Source: Tubiluchus corallicola (taxonomy: Eukaryota > Animalia > Priapulida). From it: a stretch of DNA of 64,000 nt. A program made the translations under genes and the position numbers. Every line of letters begins with the position of its first letter. The stretch's first letter is position 1. The stretch spans positions 62,001-126,000 of the forward strand of contig JAQGDQ010000474.1 of the NCBI GenBank assembly GCA_030141605.1, written 5' to 3'. This document shows positions 37,935 to 51,300 of the stretch, piece after piece. The notes below the pieces were generated by a model that worked only from the letters and a program-made list of their open reading frames with translations, had not been told where the DNA came from and did no database searches.

Positions 37935-38902
37935 ACTCACTCTCACTCTCAGTGCAGGAGACTCTCACACTCTAACTCTCAGTGTTCAGTGCAGGAGACA
38001 CTCACACTCTAACTCTCAGTGTTCAGTGCAGGAGACACTCACACTCTAACTCTCAGTGTTCAGTGCAGGAGACTCTCACACTCTAACTCTCAGTGTTCAG
38101 TGCAGGAGACACTCACACTCTAACTCTCAGTGTTCAGTGCAGGAGACTCTCACTCTCAGTGTTCAGTGCAGGACACTCTCATTCTCTCTCTCACTCTCAG
38201 TGTTAAGTGCAGGAGACTCACACTCTAACTCTCAGTGTTCAGTGCAGGAGACTCACACTCTAACTCTCAGTGTTCAGTGCAAGAGGCTCTCACTCTCAGT
38301 GTTCAGTGCAGGAGACTCTCACACTCTAACTCTCAGTGTTCAGTGCAGGAGACTCTCACACTCTAACTCTCAGTGTTCAGTGCAGGAGACTCTCACACTC
38401 TAACTCTCAGTGTTCAGTGCAGGAGACTCTCACACTCTAACTCTCAGTGTTCAGTGCAGGAGACTCTCACTCTTTAACTCTCAGTGTTCAGTGTAGGAGA
38501 CTCTCACTCTTTAACTCTCAGTGTTCAGTGCAGGAGACTCTCACACTCTCACTCTCAGTATTCAGTGCAGGAGACTCTCACGCTCTAACTCTCAGTGTTT
38601 AGTGCAGGACACTCTCACTCTCACTCTCAGTGCAGGAGACTCTCACTCTCAGTGTTCAGTGCAGGAGACTCTCACACTCTCACTCTCAGTGTTCAGTGCA
38701 GGACACTCTCACTCTCACTCTCAGTGCAGGAGACTCTCACTCTCAGTGTTCAGTGCAGGAGACTCTCACTCTCAGTGTTCAGTGCAGGACACTCTCATTC
38801 TCTCTCTCACTCTCAGTGTTCAGTGCAGGAGACTCTCACACTCTAACTCTCAGTGTTCAGTGCAGGAGACTCTCACACTCTAACTCTCAGTGTTCAGTGC
38901 AG
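37935..38902. repeat. Minisatellite, ~37-bp unit ctctaactctcagtgttcagtgcaggagactctcaca with deletion variants
   Basis: Direct tandem periodicity over ~970 bp. Confidence 0.95.
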
Positions 38903-40374
38903 CAGTCATGCTACTCATGTGTCTGTAGTTTAATAAACACTTTTCTGTTGTGTGCAGTGCAAATATGTATTATAGATTTTTATTCCTATTCATACTTCTG
39001 TGCCTAAACTCAATCATAACAAAGTGAGTGATCAACAACTTCAAACATGACTTTCACAACATGCATGCATAGGTCTATTTTACAGCCGAGAAATGGGAGT
39101 GCAGCAGTACAACTTATTTTGCTAATAAATGCTGATCCGCAAAATACACAGAATAATTACATCACTAAGCAGCATAAAATTTTTTGTTGGGCAAGCGATT
39201 TTTCTGTCAAAAAAACTTACAGAAGCGACTCAAACGAGTCTACCCCAACATGTAACATGTAAATGATTACCACCACAACCGCGCATTCAAATACAGACAA
39301 CCGCAGAAAGTTATTAGACTCAACAATCACAAGACTAAAGATGCCTATAAGTTCTAGACAGCTAATTAACATACCTGAGACCCAAGCTTGAAGATTCCGT
39401 GCAAAACAATACCTCATATTCGACACAACACAAGGCTGGGTAGTTCAGTGTGAGCCATGCAATCACCAGTGTTCTCAGTTATTATATGGGTGGCTAATTA
39501 ATATGCGAATAAGTTACTAGAAAGTATGAAGCACTTGTCTAGTGTGGTCAAGGTATAAAGCCGGACATATTTGTTATACGGTTCATAGTTACTATCACGT
39601 GTAAAGGAGTTCTGTATACACCACTCGAGCCATGCTGTGAGGGTCAATCAAATCAAAATCAATTTATTTCACTCCAGCAATACATATACAATACATCAAC
39701 ATACAATATTATTGAAACAAAAAGAAACTGTATATGTAAAAAAACGTATATGAAGTCAAATTAATGAAATAAAAGAGTTGCTGTATGACACCTTGAAAGC
39801 TTGGCTTGTTAAGGTGGCACAAATGAGTGAATGAAAAAATGAAGGGTGTTCACTGTGTTGGTCAAGAGGTCTAATGAAAAGGTCAAAGGCACAGATATTA
39901 CTTGAAAATTTTTGATTTGAATATCAAATCATCGTCAAGTACACACAGACACAAGAAAATTCAAAAGGTAAATTCTACAATGAACGATAGACTGTGACAA
40001 ATATAACAAAATTGCAATCTAGAATAGAACGCAATTACCTGCAGTACAGATACGACACTGTGTTGGGCAGGTAATGTGGTTAAAATGAGATCTTGTTGCG
40101 ATCATGAAAGTCTTCTACGGCAAATGCAGTACGTTTGTCTATGTATTTATCTATCAAACAGCTTGCTCAGACGTCATCTAGGCCTAGGTTTACGTAAACA
40201 TGTCTCGTGGTGTACGCGTACTTGCGTCGTCAGTACGATCTTTGCTCTCAAACGTCTACACGTTATAAGCGTTATGTGAAATGCATGAAAGTACAGTAAC
40301 AGTAACTTCAAGAAACACAGGTGCTGGTGAACATAAATAGTTAACAACAGGAGAGGAGCTAGAGGGAAAGAGAC

Positions 40375-41283
40375 ATGTCGAATGCAAAACTAGTGGATTC
40401 AATCGAGATGCACGAGACTGGACACGCAGGCGACTCAGAAGAAGGTATTGGTTGCTGTGGGATAATAATAACTGGACTGTCCTACGTATTCATCATCCTC
40501 ACATTTCCACTTTCTATCTGGTTCTGTTTCAAGATGGTACAGGAGTACGAAAGAGCTGTCATCTTCCGTTTGGGGCGCTTGCTGCCGGGAGGTGCCAAGG
40601 GCCCAGGTCTGTTTTTCATAGTGCCGTGCACGGATGAGTTTGTTAGAGTGGACTTGAGGACCCTATCATTTGATGTACCACCGCAGGAAATCTTGTCCAA
40701 AGATTCTGTGACTGTTGCAGTTGATGCTGTTGTTTACTACCGGATCAGGAATCCAACAATATCCATTGTGAATGTTTATAACGCCGACCAATCAACTCGT
40801 CTTCTTGCACAGACAACTTTGAGAAACGTTCTTGGAACAAAGAACATGGCGGAAATCTTGTCTGATAGGGAACACATTAGTTCCACAATGCAAAGCATGT
40901 TGGATGAGGCAACCGATCCTTGGGGGATCATGGTTGAAAGAGTCGAAATTAAGGACGTCAGGTTACCCATACAACTGCAACGCGCCATGGCCGCAGAGGC
41001 AGAAGCAGCAAGAGAAGCCAGAGCTAAGGTCATTGCGGCTGAAGGAGAACAACGTGCATCGCGAGCACTCAAAGAAGCTGCTGACGTCATTTCCACGTCA
41101 CCAGCAGCACTGGAGCTGCGCTACCTGCAAACGCTTAACACAATCTCCGCTGAGAAGAATTCCACTATTGTCTTCCCCATACCTGTAGAAATGATGCAGA
41201 TGTATAATAAGCAGTCAGGTGGTGGAGAAACGACAGGTGACATTCAGTGGAAAGAGCAGAAGCTACACGGTTCAGCTTTTTAG
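40375..41283 (+). CDS. STOM: Stomatin/band 7 (SPFH) family protein, 302 aa, single coding exon
   Basis: TFPLSIWFC.K.VQEYERAVIFRLGRL..GGAKGPGLFFI.PC.D...VDLRT.SFDVPPQEIL...PWG..VERVEIKDVRLP.QLQRAMAAEAEA.REARAKVIAAEGE...LRYLQTL..I..EKNSTIVFP.P. The exact orthologue within the family is uncertain. Confidence 0.93.
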   Translation: MSNAKLVDSIEMHETGHAGDSEEGIGCCGIIITGLSYVFIILTFPLSIWFCFKMVQEYERAVIFRLGRLLPGGAKGPGLFFIVPCTDEFVRVDLRTLSFDVPPQEILSKDSVTVAVDAVVYYRIRNPTISIVNVYNADQSTRLLAQTTLRNVLGTKNMAEILSDREHISSTMQSMLDEATDPWGIMVERVEIKDVRLPIQLQRAMAAEAEAAREARAKVIAAEGEQRASRALKEAADVISTSPAALELRYLQTLNTISAEKNSTIVFPIPVEMMQMYNKQSGGGETTGDIQWKEQKLHGSAF

Positions 41284-43207
41284 AGTCTATATGCTAAACA
41301 TAGACATAGAACATTTATTTTCTCCAATTTGTTTGACATAAAAGGTTTTTTAAATATTACGTAATTATAATTGTGGAGCAGGGCAGGGAAGGACCATAGG
41401 GTCATCTAGTCTCCTGCCCTGCCTTATAATTAGATTAGTCATATTAAAAATTAACGGTGATCTGCAGATAACAAAAACAAATAAGAAAAAATAATAATAA
41501 TAAACAGTATAAATGATACAAATTATCAAAAAAGAAGTGAAAACAAAAAATAATAAAGTTAGATGATACCTAAATCTAAACAAAACAATACAATTAATCA
41601 GTAATTATGATTATTATATATAGTATTTTCAAATAGGGGTCTTATTAACAGGGGAATTTGACCAAGGTTAGTGAGTAAAGTTAAAAAACTGAGAGTATGG
41701 AGAGCGAAAATAAGTATCAAAAAAGTGTAACATAGAAAAATTTAAGAGAAAAAGTAAGTATGAGAAAGAGCAACAATTACTTAGGAGATGAGGAGAAAAA
41801 AGAAAAAAAAATTGCTTATTAGTCTTACAAGACTTAAACGTGCCTTTATGCCCATGTTATTATTGAAGCCTTGCACATCGATGAAGAACCGATTCAGCCA
41901 CTTTGTGTGCAATTATACAGATGACACTGTGACGATAACTAACCATTCAGCAAGGGGGAGGGGGCGCCCCCTTGTCAAAATTTGCGCCCCCCCCCTGCAA
42001 AATTGGACAAATAATTTTTTTGCAGTGAAAATTGCAGTTCGCGTGTAATCATTTTCAATATGAATTCGAATTAGGTAAAAAAAATGTTTGGTAGCTTCTG
42101 TGTATTATTTTCTTAAAGCTTGTGTGTGATAAATTTCTGTAAATAACAATTTAGTTAGAGGCACATTAATAACGTTAGGTTAACTGAGAGTTAATTTTCT
42201 CATTATTGCTCTGTCCGCTACGCCGTCCTACACATGCTAATTATAGGCCTGCATGCAGTACAAAAGGGGTTAAAATTGGCTTAACCATTATTTAACCACT
42301 TCGGATACCTCGCCCTCCCCCTGCTTGCCACATCTAGTTCCGGCCCTGATTAAGAGACAACAAATCAGACATTACTGAGAAGTTAAAAAAGGAGATCCTT
42401 GCAATCAAACAGAAAAGTATTATTATTGTCACTATCACATGCGTGGAACAAACGTAAATATATTTGGAGATCTACTAACAGTTTAGGATATAAGAAGGAA
42501 ACTATTAGTCTTAGGCAGTGGACAAACTTTGGTCCATGCATAAAATTTATAATGTTAAGAAACGGAAACTCCAACACTTTGCATATCGACATCAACTTCC
42601 GAAAGAATTTTTCATAAGAAACGCACAAGTCGACGTACACAAAGACGAATTATGAACCAGGCTTTAGCAACCTACTCGTGTTAATGCACAAGTTCAACAA
42701 CAAAAGACCTAAAATTGTTATTTTAGAATGTAATTTTGTTATATTTGTACAATGTTTTGTTTATTATACAATTTACTATATAACGAATTTAAGAACAGCA
42801 AAACATAATCATCAAAATTACAAACTTCATCATCAAAATTACATTGAAAACTAGATAACTGCTGTTGGGGTGGCTTGTTTGAAGAACTTGAGTAAGTCCT
42901 CGCTTAACGACGCTGAACATTTGACACCTTTTTCACTTAACGACGATTTTGTTATATTTGAACAATGTTTTGTTTATTATACAATTTACTTTTCAAATTC
43001 TATTGTGTCTCATTTGTGCCTGATGATGATCTGAAATTCAAATAAAAAATTTTCAAATAAAATCTTTGCTTTTGACTTTTTCATTAATCCTAGTATATAC
43101 AAGTATCAGCTTATTACTAGATTGTGCATTTACTCAGACTTGTCTTTATACTGTATTATTCGTACGTCATTCGACGTACAAACTAGTAAATGTGAAAATA
43201 TTACGTA

Positions 43208-44165
43208 CAGTAAGTCCTCGCTTAACAACGTCCGGTTTAGCGACGTTTTGTTTTAACGACGCTGAACATTTGACACCTTTTCTTCACTTAACGATGCAGC
43301 GTTTCGTTTAACGACGATTTTTTTGCTCTGCACAAAGCCAATTTTTATGATATCAGCAACTTTTTTACTTAATTTGATGCCTTAAAGTAGCACATATTGC
43401 ATTATTCTGTTCTAAAAACTCACGAGTAATGTAAACAGTGTAATTATTATATAAGTACATACTTTTTTGCTTCTCAACCACTAATTTAATCTAGCTGTTT
43501 GACGTGGGAGAAAATTTTTAGGGAAGCAATTTTGCCTGCAACCTGTTGTTATAGCAACCAGTCTAGTGTGTACTAAGTTTCTAGATAAAATTCCCAAGGC
43601 TTGTCTTTGACTCTGCTGCAGTGTTTAGGGCTTGGCATTGACTCTGCTGCAGTGTTTAGGGCTTGGCATTGACTCTGCTGCAGTGTTTAGGGCTTGGCTT
43701 TGACTCTGCTGCAGTGTTTAGGGCTTGGCTTTGACTCTGCTGCAGTGTTTAGGGCTTGGCTTTGACTCTGCTGCAGTGTTTAGGGCTTGGCATTGACTCT
43801 GCTGCAGTGTTTAGGGCTTGGCTTTGACTCTGCTGCAGTGTTTAGGGCTTGGCTTTGACTCTGCTGCAGTGTTTAGGACTTGGCTTTGACTCTGCTGCAG
43901 TATTTATTGTTTAACCTCTGCCCAGACTTAAACAGTTAAACGTTAACAAAAGAGAAACTGCTAGCTAGGCAAGTAAGATATATAGGTGGTTTCAAGCAAG
44001 TAGAAAGAAATTAACTAGTAGGAAGAAACTCATAAAATGTTTAATTTATATCAACTTAAGCAGCATTGATTTTTGCTTTCGGAACGTATCTCAATTCTTT
44101 TACATTTCTATGAAGCCTTGGCTTCGTTTAACGACGTTTCGCTCAACGTCGCATTTTGCTGGAAC
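43208..44165. mobile_element. Tigger-like MITE (family 3, copy 1, right end truncated) containing a 31-bp array
   Basis: ta|cagtaagtcctcgcttaac left end; right arm aagcagcattgattttt...ggaacgtatctcaattc shared with 57783-59365; short fragment also at ~42892-42945. Confidence 0.7.
43598..43901. repeat. Minisatellite, 31-bp unit ttgactctgctgcagtgtttagggcttggc(a/t), ~10 copies
   Basis: Direct tandem periodicity. Confidence 0.95.
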
Positions 44166-45303
44166 TTGCTGTAGGATGCAATTGATCCAGGACACCCAGC
44201 CCACTTGACATGCTACTTTTAATTATGCATGATTTTTTTTGTGCAATTACGACCAAAATGTCAACGATTTGTTCTTCGGCGCTTCTCCATTTTTCTGATA
44301 CGATCATCCTATTTGTTAAAAGTAATCAGCAATAGACAAAAATGCCAATGGAACATGTACAACAAATGCAAAATGGTATTCATAAAATTTATTTAAACAT
44401 TACTAATTTTACAAAAAAATAATCATGGGTTTTTTTGTAAACAAGTATAAATCTCACTGAAATAAAACGAAACTTTTTTTGGTTTTAAAGCAATCCTGAC
44501 ATTTTTGGCGCGATTTTAAAGCTGATCACATAATTTTGGAAAAATTCGTTAAATTTCACCTGTTTTTCATCATATTCAATTCAGATATCACTTCTTTAGA
44601 AATAGTAAGTAAGTATCTTTATTTATCACCTTTTTTACAAGACAAACACAGAGCATGGTACGATAATATGTATTAAGTGACAAAGTTATTAAATGAATAA
44701 ATTATGAGTCAATTTCAAGTGATTGGTGAAAGGGTGGCGAAAAACTAAAAGTTACCAAAGTCAACCACCCTGAAATGTTATCAATAGAATGGGATTGCTC
44801 ACACTGTAGCAGCAATGTACTTGTGAATGATTTTGCTGGGGGACCATTTTGTAACCTTTAACGCAATTTCAATTGGCTGTATAAAAACCATCATTGCTGA
44901 TATGAGAAATAAGTTGAAATAACCCTGTTCACTGTGTTCAGTAACGCAAACGATGCCTGTTGCACACGTGTTGCACACGGTTACGAGGCATAAACCATAA
45001 CGGCAATACCCGCTCGCGTCTTGTACTGCATTGACGTGTCATGTCTGCAAAAACTGTATTTACACAACAGCAACACAAGTTTCACAACTAATTCATTACA
45101 GCAGAACTGAAATATGTCACAAGAACATGTCATATATACAACAACAGTTGAAAAATACGCCGGACACGAACTCTTGCTGAATTCCGACTGAACTATCCAT
45201 GCGTAGAAAAATGTTCGCTGGCGCGACTCTACCTACTCGTTGTCCTCGTTTGATGTTCTCCATCCCACCGACTGATGTAGGAAGTGACATGCTATTGGTT
45301 ACC

Positions 45304-48300
45304 CTATTTTGGCAGACCACAGATTTCACAATTGATTCTGTTTGGTTGGTTGAGGAAGGTGCAGTGTTTACATTGCCAGAGGGAGCCACTAGGTAGTAAT
45401 TCGTTATGAACGTTCTCGTGCGGTAGTGGACCTGAAATAACATCGAATGAATGCAATGCTAAAATTCACACAAAACATGAAGAGAATAGAAATGTATTAA
45501 AAAGACAAACAAAATGATGCAAAAATAGCTGATTCTTGAAAGATGAGTGTAACAATGCATCAAACACAAATTATTGAAGGTTTACTGCATTCAGTTGTTA
45601 CATTTTAATACCATGTGGCTGCAAAAGCAATTGTACAACATGACTAGCTAGAAACACAGGTACACCAACGCGACTAGAAGCACAGGTACATCAACGTGAG
45701 TAGAAGCACAGGTAGACCAAAGTGACTAGAAGCACAGGTACACCAATGTGACTAGAAGCACAGGTAAACCAACGTGACTAGAAGCACAGGTACACCAACG
45801 TGACTAGAAGCACAGGTACGCCAACGTGACTAGAAGCGCAGGTACACCAACGTGACTAGAAGCACAGGTACACCAACGTGACTAGAAGCACAGGTACACC
45901 AACGTGACTAGAAGCACAGGTAGACCAACGTGATTAGAAGCACAGGTACATCAACGTGAGTAGAAGCACAGGTAGACCAATGTGACTAGAAGCACAGGTA
46001 CACCAATGTGACTAGAAGCACAGGTACACCAATGTGACTAGAAGCACAGGTAAACCAACGCGACTAGAAGCACAGGTACACCAACATGAGGTAAGAGGTA
46101 ATAAGTTAAGTACTGTGATTAATAGAACCAGATTTTCCCAATTGTGCATTAGTCCAAGTGTCAGTAGAAGATTTTAGCACAGTTTTGACAGGCAACAACA
46201 CTGTGCTATGCCATGAACCATTGCCCCTACTCTTACATATCTATCTTGAGGCGGCTTCCCAAGTGAATAGATTAGAAAAAAATCTCAGCAAAAGAATTGG
46301 CAAAAATTTACGTTTGACAACTACTGTTATTCTAAGTACTATACTAAAAATTTACTGTTTTCCGCTTTCATCAGCTGTTCTACTGTGCTCCACTCCTCCC
46401 CCTTGTACCAGTCCCGTGCTGCGTCTGCATCTTTATTCTTCACAGCTGTCAGTAGAGGTCCCATGCATTCTCTAACTGGTAACATATCGGCAGTGGCCAA
46501 GAAGCTCAGTAGGTGAAAGTTGGACACGGCATCTAAGAACTGGTCCTCAGAAAATTGTCGCATGTACGACGAAAGTGCAGCAAAATCCTAAATAAGATAA
46601 GTAGTAGTAATCCAATTTAATAGGGTTTGCTAGGGTACATTAGATATTAGCTTCATCACTATTCAATGAGGTGGACAATGTGCAGTGTTATCAGTGGAAT
46701 TGTGCAGTATTATCAGTGGAATTGTGCAGTATTGTCAGTGGAATTGCGCAGTATTATCAGTGGAATTGTGCAGCATTATCAGTGGAACTGTACGGTATTA
46801 TCAGTGGAATTGCGCAGTATTATCAGTGGAATTGCGCAGTATTATCAGTGGAATTGTGCGGTGTTATCAGTGGAATTGTGCAGTATTATCAGTGGAATTG
46901 TGCAGTATTATCAGTGGAATTGTGCAGTATTGTCAGTGGAAGTGCGCAGTATTATCAGTGGAATTGCGCAGTATTATCAGTGGAATTGTGCGGTATTATC
47001 AGTGGAACTGTACGGTATTATCAGTGGAATTGCGCAGTATTATCAGTGGAATTGTGCAGTATTATCAGTGTAATTGTGCAGTATTATCAGTGGAATTGCG
47101 CAGTATTATCAGTGGAATTGCGCAGTATTATCAGTGTAATTGTGCAGTATTATCAGTGTAATTGTGCAGTATTATCAGTGGAATTGTGCAGTATTATCAG
47201 TGGAACTGCGCAGTATTATCAGTGGAATTGCGCAGTATTATCAGTGGAATTGTGCAGTATTGTCAGTGGAATTGTGCAGTATTATCAGTGGAATTGCGCA
47301 GTATTATCAGTGGACTTGTGCAGTATTATCAGTGAAATTGCGCAGTATTATCAGTGGAATGGCGCAGTTATATCAGTGGAATTGTGCGGTATTATCAGTG
47401 GAATTGCGCAGTATTATCAGTGGAATTGTGCATCATTATCAGTGGAACTGTACGGTATTATCAGTGGAATTGCGCAGTATTATCAGTGGACTTGTGCAGT
47501 ATTATCAGTGAAATTGCGCAGTATTATCAGTGGAATGGCGCAGTTATATCAGTGGAATTGTGCGGTATTATCAGTGGAATTGCGCAGTATTATCAGTGGA
47601 ATTGTGCAGCATTATCAGTGGAACTGTACGGTATTATCAGTGGAATTGTGCAGTATTATCAGTGGAACTGCGCAGTATTATCAGTGGAATTGTGCAGTAT
47701 TATCATCAGTGGAATTGCGCAGTATTATCAGTGAAATAGCGCAGTATTATCAGTGGAATTGTGCAGTATTATCAGTGGAATTGTGCAGTATTATTAGTGG
47801 AATTGCGCAGTATTATCAGTGGAACTGCGCAGTATTATCAGTGAAATTGCGCAGTATTATCAGTGAAATTGCGCAGTATTGTCAGTGGAATTGCGCAGTA
47901 TTATCAGTGGAACTGCGCAGTATTATCAGTGAAATTGCGCAGTATTATCAGTGGAATTGCGCAGTATTGTCAGTGGAATTGTGCAGTATTATCAGTGGAA
48001 TTGCGCAGTATTGTCAGTGGAATTGTGCAGTATTATCCGTACTAAGTATTAGCTCGTGACTACCACAGCGCCCAAGTCCTAAACACAACTGTTCATAACT
48101 AAACATCTCTGTTTGAACAGTTTAATGCAATTTAAATCAATTTTTTGACTTAAATCAACAAGCGTTGAAAAGGCAACGAATTGCAACAACGAAGACGGTG
48201 AACTAATCCACAAGACAGCTGAACATATCAAAAAGAAACTTTAACACCTATGCATAATAAGAAAGACGCACCTGTATTTCTGCAAGAGCTAGTCGATTTT

Positions 48301-51300
48301 CTAAAGGGAAAGCCCGTATCTGTTCACTAGGTGGAAGAAACATGTATTGAGGCGTCATCGGCGAGGCCACCGGCACATCAATTAGTAAATATTCTATTGG
48401 CAACGGCCTTGCTAGTTGAGTTACTTCATTATTGTATACATCTTTCTCCTACAAAAACAAGCGGCTACATGTAGTGTATTAGTATACTACCTTCTATATT
48501 AAAAATGGTATAAAAAGTATTAAAAGAACACTGTAGAAAACTGGCTATTTGTTTTACAGATTTTATTTTCCACTCGTTGTAAAAAGGTGAAACTGCAACA
48601 GAAACAAGAAAAAAGAACATGAAAGAAAAATAAATCCATAACAGACGTGCAAAAAATAAATAAAGGAACAAGCATTAGCAAATTAACAAGCATACTGAAG
48701 CAGAATTTACTAATAAATAAACTTGCTGACATATCACAAATCAACATGCACGCCTACAGAAAATGCACATATGCATATGCAGTTGCAAAAAAATCAATAA
48801 TTAGGCATCACTGTAACACTATCAGAAACTATTAAACTGACAAATAAATTACTGAAAAGCTTTGCATAAAAATGAAGAAACACATGAACTTATAAACGTT
48901 TGAGGATCTGTAGGAAAAACTTTAAGCCAGTTTTCAGAAATCAACAGAGACATACTGATTTTACAACAGTTGCATACTAACCTCACAACTACTATACTAG
49001 AATAGGGATTTTTCCCTATTCTAAGGCTATCTAACCTCTCATACAAGAACGGCCAAGCATGTCAAACAAACTCTACAGGTAATGCAAAAATCAATAATGA
49101 GGCTCTAGAATCAACACACCTGGCTTCACTGTACTCATGCTAGCCTGAGAGATAACAAACACTCTAAGTGTTAAGACAGTGAAATCCAGCTTAACTCCAA
49201 AATATGGTCATATGACCTCCAGTGGTGGCTCGTAGCTAAAATTAGCGGGAAGGTGCTGATTCAGAAAATTTGTAGGCATTATGTAATATTGATGTTGTAC
49301 TTGTAATTTTAAACATTGTAAACTTGTAAATTTATATATAAACTTGATAAAATCCTAAATAAAAGATATTTTTTGCTTACAAATAGCCCAAATTGACGCT
49401 ATTCAAGAACATGCAGGTACATGATATTTAAGCACGTGACAAGTGACAACACACTGCGTGAGCGATTGTGCTCTTTCTGCCTATGCAGCATCTTACCTCA
49501 GACATGTGGGTGCGGCCACGCACACAAGTACCAAGCACCTTGTTGCTGGGCCTATGAAATGCAAAGTGCTGGGCTGTGAACCACACAGTTCTGTCACGGG
49601 CTTTGGTTGCGTACAAGTATAACTCCTTCAGGATCGTAAGCGTTTGCTGCATTTTACACGGGTTCATGAAAAACTGCTTCCACTAGGCAGTGATTATGTT
49701 ATATTTGATAATTTTTGTAGGTTTTTACTCCTCACACGATGGGTTTTCATGCAAAATTATATATGAAATGCACTAGCTTACATTAGACAAATTAAAAAGC
49801 AATTTTTGACAAAAAAAATTGAAAAAAGCTTTCAGTAAGTGCTGTGTTTGCACCGTAACAAAGTACAGTATCACTTGTGTGAAATACTTAATATAGAAAA
49901 TTTCATCTATCCAGACACAACACTGTGATACACTTTAGCTCAAGTCTTTTCAATTTTTAAAGAAAAATTCCTGTTAAAAGATGAAACGCTCTTAATTTGT
50001 CCTTGGCTGATCCGTATGCTTTTATAACATGTCACATCCATGTAACAGTGAGCATGCATGTAAAATAACAGACCAGACAGCCTTGAAGTAAACTCATGTT
50101 TATAAGATGACAAAAGATTGTACCTTGTAGAAGACATCTGGCACGTATTGTTGATTCGTAGACTCCTTGACGTATCCCAGTTCCGGAGCATCCTTTGTCG
50201 GTACCAAGCACTCGTCTTTCACTAGTGCCATACACTGATTAGATACTTGATAACCTTCCATGTGAATCTGATTATCTTTGTCACCTGTTGTTGAGCAAAA
50301 CCAAAAAATCAGGAACAACAAAATGCCGGATCAAGGGAACTGTTGAGGTGAATTTTTATCACTCGCAGAACTAAAAATTTCAAATACAAAAATGTCCTTG
50401 AATCAGAGTATAGCGCAGTCAAACAAACTGAGTATAGTGCAGTAAAACAAACTGAGTATAGCGCAGTCAAACAAACTGAGTATAGCGCAGTCAAACAAAC
50501 TGAGTATAGTGCAGTAAAACAAACTGAGTATAGCGCAGTCAAACAAACTGAGTATAGCGCAGTCAAACAAACTGAGTATAGCCAGTCAAACAAACTGAGT
50601 ATAGCGCAGTCAGCAAACCGTCCAAAACCAAACCGATTGCACAAGTAAACATAATTATCTCACTGGCATAGCTAGGGGTGCGTGGGGCATCACTTGAGTG
50701 TGTCCCCCCCCCCCTAGTGAAAAATACTACGTAGCAATATCCCCGTGATTTCAGATTCTAGATTTATAAAATTTGGCAGTGTTGCATTGCAAATGCAATA
50801 TGTTTTGGAAATAAATTGATAGATTAATAAAGCAATAGCGGAAAAATTTGTCTGTGAAGGAATAAATTCATCCTGTGTGCTTTAAAAGCTACGAAGGCCC
50901 AGTCAGCGGTTACTCTAAATCTTAAATGTGAGATTATAAATGTAGTTCACAGTTAAATGAAAAGAGATGTGTACTGCATTTCTGTTGAAAATTAAATTGT
51001 GTAATAGAAGAAACTTTTTCAGGGCATTTGATCAAAATGTCGCTCTCTAAATATCGCTGCACGGGGTAGATCACCCCTCTCACCCCCTGAATTACCCGTT
51101 AAGCTTACAGCTACAACTTGAGGTTTCTTTTAACCCCCCATATCTATGCAAACAATAAAAAGCACCATTCTTGGAGTTGCACCCAAGTCAAGGTACTAGA
51201 AAACATTGTGCAAGCAATTTTTTATAATTATAAATGTGCGTATCCCTAATGTGTGCTTTCATATCAAAATCGTCCATAAGTCGGCAAGTGAGCTTTTCTA

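Noticed and set aside
38056-39007. Repetitive ORFs in the 37-bp array
   Set aside because: Translations of a minisatellite with frequent frame-shifting unit variants.
3155-40320. ATP5ME 3'-UTR donor splicing to the stomatin 5' acceptor (read-through transcript)
   Set aside because: Closer acceptors and poly(A) signals exist near 3.7-4.8 kb; no positive evidence for a 37-kb intron.
40452-41188. Alternative-frame and antisense ORFs overlapping stomatin (and similar ones over THAP exons)
   Set aside because: Shadow ORFs of real coding sequence with no recognisable motifs.
45117-45443. 108-aa minus-strand ORF as the NPLOC4 last exon
   Set aside because: Wrong frame; phase-1 splicing at 45431 gives the NZF zinc finger ending at 45304.
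46666-48059. 462-aa and overlapping repetitive ORFs
   Set aside because: By-product of a stop-poor 22-bp minisatellite; the same peptide appears in all three frames, antisense within an NPLOC4 intron.
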